Positions 27,592 through 33,072 of a stretch of 33,072 bases of DNA are shown one piece after another; the stretch's first letter is position 1; every line of letters begins with the position of its first letter. This DNA comes from Thermoproteota archaeon. Its GTDB lineage: Archaea > Asgardarchaeota > Jordiarchaeia > Jordiarchaeales > Freyrarchaeaceae. Position numbers and translations under genes: made by a program. The stretch spans positions 1-33,072 of the forward strand of contig JAPDJY010000088.1 of NCBI GenBank assembly GCA_029258835.1. The letters run 5' to 3'. Below the pieces are notes generated by a model, which made no database searches, was not told the origin of the DNA, and saw only the letters and a list, made by a program, of their open reading frames with translations.

Positions 27592-28933
27592 CTACGACCT
27601 CGCCTTAACCTCCCTAACCACTCCGACGGCAACCGTGTAATCGCTGTCACGCACCGCGAAGCGGCCAAGCTGAGGAATCTCCTTATAGGGCTCAATCACC
27701 ATCGGCCTCGTCGGCTCAAACTCCACCAGCGCCGCGTCACCACGCTTAATATAGTCCGGGTTCTCCTCTATCACCTGCCCCGTCCGCCTATCCAGCTTAG
27801 CCAGAAGCTTCGAAAACCTGCACGCCACCTGAGCCGTGTGAGCGTGAATCACCGGAGTATAGCCCGCCGCGATCGCCGTCGGATGCTGAATAACAATTAT
27901 CTGACCCACAAATCTCTCAGCCACAGTAGGCGGATTAGCCGGGTGGCCAGCCACATCGCCACGCCTAATATCCTTCTTAGAAACACCACGCACGTTAAAG
28001 CCAATGTTATCCCCCGGAACAGCCTCGTCAATCCGCTCATGATGCATCTCTATAGACTTAACCTCACCCTTAACGTTGGGCGGCTGGAAAACAACGGTAT
28101 CACCAGTCTTCAAGACACCAGTCTCAACCCTGCCAACAGGAACAGTCCCCACCCCAGTAATACTGTAAACATCCTGAACCGGAATCCTAAGCGGCTTATC
28201 AACCGGCTTAGGCGGCACCTTCAACATGTCCAAAGCCTCAATCAAAGTCGGCCCATCATACCAAGGCATATTACCGCTCTTCTCAAGCAAGTTATCACCG
28301 GTCCACGCAGAAACAGGAACAAACGGCACCTCGTCAACCTTGTAGCCAACCTGCTTAAGCAACGTCTCCACTTCCTTCCTGATCTCCTCATACCTCTCCT
28401 TACTCCAGTTCACACTCGCATCATCCATCTTATTAACAGCGACAATCATCTGACCAACACCCAGCGTAAACGCAAGATACGCATGCTCCCTCGTCTGACC
28501 ACCAGGACCAATCCCCGCCTCAAACTCACCCTTCCTAGCAGACACCACCAGCACCGCAGCATCAGCCTGCGACGTCCCAGTAATCATATTCTTAATAAAG
28601 TCCTTATGACCTGGAGCATCAATGATAGTGAAGTAATACTTATCTGTCTCAAACTTCCAGAATGAGATGTCGATGGTTAGACCGCGTTCTCTCTCCTCTT
28701 TGAGTTTATCCATAACCCAAGCGAACTTGAAGCTACCCTTTCCAAGCTTTTCTGCTTCCTCTTCATATTGCTTGATTGTCCGCTCATCAATCGCCTTAGT
28801 AAGGTAAAGCAAATGACCCATAAGAGTCGACTTCGGCATTCCCCGGGAAGACAGGTTACACCGCCCGGGGAATATTGCCGTGATCCACGTGCCCTATAAC
28901 CACCAAGTTCAAATGCGGCTTAGAAGCACTCAT
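27592..28933 (-). CDS. tuf: Elongation factor 1-alpha, two exons (28933-28875, 28831-27592); 432 aa after splicing
   Basis: [19 protein letters not shown]^[22 protein letters not shown] and LGRFAVRD motifs. Confidence 0.97.
28832..28874 (-). other. 43-nt BHB-type intron in the EF-1alpha P-loop Lys codon
   Basis: Central helix CGGC/GCCG, bulges AA^T and AA^G, perfect 10-bp inner stem ATTCCCCGGG/CCCGGGGAAT. Splicing gives GGC AAG TCG (G-K-S). In-frame TAA inside the intron. Confidence 0.93.
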
Positions 28934-29148
28934 GCTAACATCCTCCTAACTCATTCATGCACGCTGATTAATCAAAACTCCACTTTTTTATTTTTTTCGG
29001 ATATCAAACAAAAGCAGTTCACATCATTAAGCAGCGCCAGAAGAGGTGGATCTGTAACAGCCACCACTGCGGCAATCCGGACAGGAAAAATTAATAAGTG
29101 AAACTGCAGGTTAGAATCCACAGGTCAGAGCTCGGCGAGGGGGCGGCA

Positions 29149-29676
29149 TTGCCTAGACGTCCATCAAGATGTTATACGAAGGTGGATGGGCCACCGTACA
29201 CCCGTTCTGAGTATATTCACGGAAGCCCACCATCCAAGATAAGAATTTATGAGATGGGAAACCCCAAGCAGAACTATACGTTAAGAGCGGACTTGATCAT
29301 TCAAGAGCCATGCCAGATCACAGATGGAGCACTTGAAGCCCTAAGAATAGCGGTTAATAGGCACCTTACAGTTAGACTCGGACGAGATAACTACTACCTT
29401 AAAATCAGACCAAAGCCACACCACATCATACGAGAGAGGAGAATGCTAGCGTTTGCAGGAGCAGACCGGCTGCAAGATGGGATGAGGCTTTCATTTGGGA
29501 AGCCTACTTTGCGTGCTGCCAGGGTTAGGGCTGGTCAGGTTATTTGTAGTGTTTGGGCCGTGGATTCTTCTAGGGCTGTGGAGGCTATTAAGAGGGCGTT
29601 TTACGTTGGGGGGAGGAAGCTTCCTCGCCCGTCACGCGTAGAGTTTGTTAGGGGGGAGGGTTTACCTTTAGAGTAG
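29149..29676 (+). CDS. rpl10e: 50S ribosomal protein L10e (uL16)
   Basis: RPSRCY, ALEALR and AGADRLQDGMRLSFGKP motifs. Confidence 0.96.
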   Translation: MPRRPSRCYTKVDGPPYTRSEYIHGSPPSKIRIYEMGNPKQNYTLRADLIIQEPCQITDGALEALRIAVNRHLTVRLGRDNYYLKIRPKPHHIIRERRMLAFAGADRLQDGMRLSFGKPTLRAARVRAGQVICSVWAVDSSRAVEAIKRAFYVGGRKLPRPSRVEFVRGEGLPLE

Positions 29677-29858
29677 CTGTTTGGCTGTGACTGGCCTTCA
29701 ACCTGCGACCGCGTTTTAATGATTGTTAATTTTCGCGTCCGCAATCGCCAGTAACACATGTCAGTCTGAAGTCCGTTAATGACCCCGTGGGGAACGCAGG
29801 CAACGTGGAAGGCAGATGGGTGAAGCCGCCCCTGCTCAGCAGTTCGCCACCGTCCTTA

Positions 29859-29972
29859 AAGCCTTGCGAAGCAGTTAAATGTTTGGTGGGTGTTTGTGGG
29901 TGCTGGTTTGGCCACGGGGTGGCTATGGGGTGGAGTCTTCGGATGTGGGGCTCCGGGGTCCCCCGAAAGCCC
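29859..29972 (+). repeat. Degenerate repeat, copy 1 (19-nt core, GT-rich tract, GC hairpins)
   Basis: AAGCCTTGCGAAGCAGTTA is identical at 30197-30215; the hairpin block 29932-29972 is similar to 30300-30341. Confidence 0.75.
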
Positions 29973-30196
29973 TATTAGAGGCGTATGCCTCTATGATGGG
30001 GAAACGCTTGACAGACCAAAACCACATTACCCATAAAAACCTATCAAGCGTGAACCCAACCTACACCAATCCTTCAGGAGTCTTAGTAAGCACGTAACAT
30101 TACAACTCGGGACTCACGCAGCACGGCGCATGCGGCGTGGGTTCGGATGGGTATGGCGTGGATTCACGTGGCTTTCTGCGAGCTTGGCCGATCGGG

Positions 30197-30341
30197 AAGC
30201 CTTGCGAAGCAGTTAGGTATTTGGTGGTATTTGTGGGTGTTGGTGAGTGAACAGGTGGAGGCTGCCCCGGATGCTCAGCCGCCTAGCGGCCTAGAGGGCG
30301 GAACCCTCAGATGAGGGGTTCCCGGGCTCCCCCGATAGCCC
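30197..30341 (+). repeat. Degenerate repeat, copy 2
   Basis: Same blocks in the same order as copy 1, starting 338 nt downstream. Confidence 0.75.
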
Positions 30342-30720
30342 ACGAGGCCACCCAGGCCGATGCGTGGAAAGGAGTAGACATCCACAAAAGCCCATCTACC
30401 CCAAAACCTGCCCATTCCAGCCTGAGAAGCTAGGAAGGAGCCAGAGTAGCCAAGCTAGACCGTGGAGTGGGGGCGCTAGGGGGACTGAGGTACGTGCAGA
30501 GACGCTGTAGACGCAGCTGGCCGCAGCCATTCAGCCCAGTACGCAGCAAACCGCCAGCAATAGCCCACAGCGGAAGCTAGGCTAATGCTCAAGCAGCTAA
30601 AAACAGCCACTGATCAGAGTAGCTTGCCACGAGCCGCCGTGACGTGGGCGGAGCAGCGGCTCAAACTAAACAAAAGATATTTAAGTGGTTGCCCTGTTAA
30701 ACTCGTTTGGAAATAAAATT

Positions 30721-30736
30721 TAATAAAATTTAAATA
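30721..30736 (+). promoter_or_regulatory. Putative TATA box for rpoA''-rpl30e-nusA
   Basis: A-rich tract followed by TTTAAATA about 65 nt upstream of the rpoA'' start. Confidence 0.45.
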
Positions 30737-30799
30737 GCCCTCCACCATACTTTAAACTCAAACCTACTTAGTCCTCATTCTTAACAGGAAGAGCTAGAA

Positions 30800-31990
30800 G
30801 TGAGTAATATGCTGACTGACGAGCAGTTAACCGAGAAAATCAATCGCCTTCGAAAGGAGGGAACATTACCTCCCCTTATAATAGACCAGCTAGAGCAGAA
30901 ACTGAAGGAGCGAGCTGAAGTACGCGACCTCACCCCGCAGGAACTAGACGAGATAATACAGGAAGTGAAAAAATCATACTTGAAAAATTTAATAGAGCCG
31001 GAGGAGGCTGTAGGGACAGTTGCCGCACAGTCTTTAGGTGAGCCCGGGACTCAAATGACTCTTCGGACGTTTCATTATGCTGGTGTTGCTGAGTTGAATG
31101 TTACGTTGGGTTTGCCTCGTTTGATTGAGATTGTTGATGCTCGTCGTAATCCTTCGACTCCCATGATGACCATTTTTTTGGATGAGGAGTGTAGGTTTGA
31201 TGCTGAGAAGGCGCGGGAGGTTCAGCGGCGTATTGAGATGACTAAGGTTGAGGGTGTGGCTTCGAGTGTGGAGATTGATCGGATTACGGGGCAGATCGTG
31301 ATTAATCTTGATCCTGAGTTGTTGGAGGATAAGGGGTTAAGTGTGGAGGATGTTGTTAGGAGGCTTGCTGGTCTTAGGAAGGGTGATGTGGATTATGATG
31401 GTTTTACTGTTTATTTGTCTCCGAAGTGTGAGAGTTTGATCGATCTTTATAAGCTGGTTGAGCGTGTGAGGGGTGTTGCTCTTAAGGGTATTGCTGGCGT
31501 GGAGAGGGTGGTTCTTAAGAGGGAGGCTAATGGGGAGTATGTTCTTTATTCGGAGGGTACGAATTTAGCTGAGGTTTTGAGGGTTCCGGGTGTGGATGTG
31601 ACCAGGACTTTTAGTAATCATATTCATGAGGTTGCTTCTGTTTTGGGTATTGAGGCTGCTAGGAACGTGATTGTGCGTGAGGCGTTGGGTGTTTTGGAGG
31701 AGCAGGGTCTTGATGTGGATGTTAGGCATATTTTGCTGGTTGCTGATTTAATGACGATGGGTGGTGAGGTTCAGCAGATTGGGCGGCATGGTGTTAGTGG
31801 TGAGAAGGAGAGTGTGTTGGCGAGGGCTGCGTTTGAGACGACGGTGAAGCATCTTGTTGAGGCGAGTGTTAGGGGTGAGGTTGACCCGCTTAGAGGTATT
31901 ACTGAGAATGTGATTATTGGGCAGGTTATCCCTGTTGGTACGGGTGCTGTTGAGTTGCTGGTTTATCGCGAGAGGCGGTCGGGGGGCTAA
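30800..31990 (+). CDS. rpoA2: RNA polymerase subunit Rpo1C (RpoA'')
   Basis: AAQSLGEPGTQMTLRTFHYAG, LGLPRLIE, IGRHG and ENVIIGQ motifs. Confidence 0.97.
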   Translation: MSNMLTDEQLTEKINRLRKEGTLPPLIIDQLEQKLKERAEVRDLTPQELDEIIQEVKKSYLKNLIEPEEAVGTVAAQSLGEPGTQMTLRTFHYAGVAELNVTLGLPRLIEIVDARRNPSTPMMTIFLDEECRFDAEKAREVQRRIEMTKVEGVASSVEIDRITGQIVINLDPELLEDKGLSVEDVVRRLAGLRKGDVDYDGFTVYLSPKCESLIDLYKLVERVRGVALKGIAGVERVVLKREANGEYVLYSEGTNLAEVLRVPGVDVTRTFSNHIHEVASVLGIEAARNVIVREALGVLEEQGLDVDVRHILLVADLMTMGGEVQQIGRHGVSGEKESVLARAAFETTVKHLVEASVRGEVDPLRGITENVIIGQVIPVGTGAVELLVYRERRSGG

Positions 31991-31994
31991 GGTT

Positions 31995-32297
31995 TTGGAT
32001 TTGAATAGGGCTATTCAGGTGGCTGTTAGGTCGGGGAAAGTTAGGATGGGGTTCAGGGAGGCTGTTAGGCTTTTGAAGACTGGTGGCGCCAGGTTGATCG
32101 TGCTTTCCGGGAATTGCCCTGAGGAGTTGAGGGATGAGGTTGTGTATTACTGTAGGCTTGCTGGTGTTCCTTTCATCGTGTTTCCTGGGTCGAGTTGGGA
32201 TTTGGGTGCTATTTGTGGTAGGCCGCATATGGTTGCGGTGTTGACGGTTCTTGACCCTGGTGATTCCGACATTGTTGAGTTGGCTGGTAGGGGGTGA
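31995..32297 (+). CDS. rpl30e: 50S ribosomal protein L30e
   Basis: GKVRMG, NCP, DLGAICGRP and DPGDSDI motifs. Confidence 0.95.
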   Translation: MDLNRAIQVAVRSGKVRMGFREAVRLLKTGGARLIVLSGNCPEELRDEVVYYCRLAGVPFIVFPGSSWDLGAICGRPHMVAVLTVLDPGDSDIVELAGRG

Positions 32298-32744
32298 GTG
32301 TGGTTGGCTGGTTACGGGGTTAGGTTGACGGCTGAGGAGCTTAGGTACATTGCCCTTTTCGAAACTTTGACTGGTGCAACGGCGAAGGATTGCGTGATTG
32401 ACCCTGAGGATGGCAGGTTGATTTTTGTCATTAAGCAGGGGAATCTTGGGATGGCTATTGGGCGGCGCGGCGCTAACATTAAGAAGGTTCGTAGCGTTTT
32501 GGGGAGGAACGTTGAGGTGGTTGAGTATGCGGATTCCCCTGCCGCCTTCATCCAGAATTCTCTTGCACCTGCAAGGGTGAAGTCCGTCCACATCACCGAG
32601 AAGAAGGATGGTAAGAAGATTGCTATTGTGAGCGTGGATCCCAGGGATAAGGGGTTAGCTATAGGTAAGAACGGGCGGACTATTGCGAGGGCGCGGCTGC
32701 TTGCCAAGCGCCATTTCGGCATAGAGGATGTTATAGTGAGTTAG
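32298..32744 (+). CDS. nusA: Archaeal NusA (KH-domain) protein
   Basis: GMAIGRRGANI, VEVVEY and GLAIGKNG motifs; follows L30e. Confidence 0.95.
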   Translation: MWLAGYGVRLTAEELRYIALFETLTGATAKDCVIDPEDGRLIFVIKQGNLGMAIGRRGANIKKVRSVLGRNVEVVEYADSPAAFIQNSLAPARVKSVHITEKKDGKKIAIVSVDPRDKGLAIGKNGRTIARARLLAKRHFGIEDVIVS

Positions 32745-32819
32745 TTTTGGTTTGGCTGGTGTTTTCCTAGTAAGGCTGCTCTTGCTTGTGGGTTGTGGTT
32801 TCGTGCCGTCTTGGCCGGT

Positions 32820-33072
32820 TTGACTTGTCTGGATGTGCGGGGGTTCTTCGTGGAGAGGTACGTGTCGTTTCTGGTGGATCTTCTTGAGAGAGCGCGGGTT
32901 AGGCTGCTGCGTGAGTGGCGTGGTGAACGCGGGGTTGTGGGGGTTAACGTTAAGGGGGATGAGACGAGGGGGTTTGATTTTAGGGTTGAGGAGTACTTGG
33001 TGAGGGAGATTAGGGGAAGGTGGGGGAGGGTGGGTTTCTTCGCGGAGGAGGAGGGGGAGGTAGAGGGGGAGG
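32820..33072 (+). CDS. Inositol monophosphatase/FBPase-family protein, N-terminal part (truncated by window end)
   Basis: Open frame reading ...GVNVKGDETRGFDFRVEEYL...GFFAEEEG, matching the GDxT..D...E and EE metal-site pattern. Start uncertain. Confidence 0.65.
   Translation, partial: MTCLDVRGFFVERYVSFLVDLLERARVRLLREWRGERGVVGVNVKGDETRGFDFRVEEYLVREIRGRWGRVGFFAEEEGEVEGE

Noticed and set aside
27838-28665. 275-aa + strand ORF antisense to EF-1alpha, and similarly 31926-32591 on the - strand
   Set aside because: These are shadow ORFs produced by the biased codon usage of the real genes; they are rich in N/H/R/P/L and have no motifs.
11929-28874. Treating the five interrupted genes as pseudogenes or sequencing errors
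   Set aside because: They are core genes with no other lesions, and each insertion has BHB geometry whose canonical cuts restore the motif exactly. Random errors would not do this five times.
13051-28874. Group I/II introns or inteins
   Set aside because: The inserts are only 14-43 nt, far too short for a ribozyme core or an intein.
29787-30097. Short ORFs in the L10e-rpoA'' spacer
   Set aside because: No recognisable motifs, and they run through the repeat and hairpin blocks.
29690-30700. RNase P RNA, SRP RNA, tRNA or CRISPR array in the large spacer
   Set aside because: I found no GAGGAAAGUCC-type P4 motif, SRP helix-8 motif or T-loop cloverleaf on either strand, and there are only two repeat copies, 338 nt apart.

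Overview
Archaeal core-genome window, probably from a thermophilic TACK- or Asgard-type lineage; the taxon cannot be fixed from sequence alone. It holds the distal spc-like ribosomal protein cluster (S8, L6, L32e, L19e, L18, S5, L30, L15, secY, adk, EMC3/DUF106, L34e, cmk, L14e, cbf5), then L44e-S27e-aIF2alpha, nop10, aglB and S3Ae. A long minus-strand cluster follows (aIF2gamma, PIN, rpoE', spt4, DUF359, S24e, S27ae, kae1, bud32, rdgB, S15, DHH nuclease, pcc1), then aroD, EF-1alpha, L10e, rpoA'', L30e and nusA. The main result is that five core genes that look broken (cbf5, rpl44e, kae1, aIF2gamma, EF-1alpha) each carry a 14-43 nt insertion folding into a tRNA-type bulge-helix-bulge (BHB) splice motif. 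Cutting each at the canonical endonuclease positions exactly restores a conserved motif. This points to widespread mRNA splicing by the tRNA splicing endonuclease, beyond the cbf5 case established for Crenarchaeota. rps14 at the window edge is a sixth candidate. Other observations: an unexplained frameshift in bud32, an unannotated TFS-like zinc-ribbon mini-gene, local inversions (L6, nop10), and a ~1 kb intergenic region with duplicated structured elements at a strand-composition switch.
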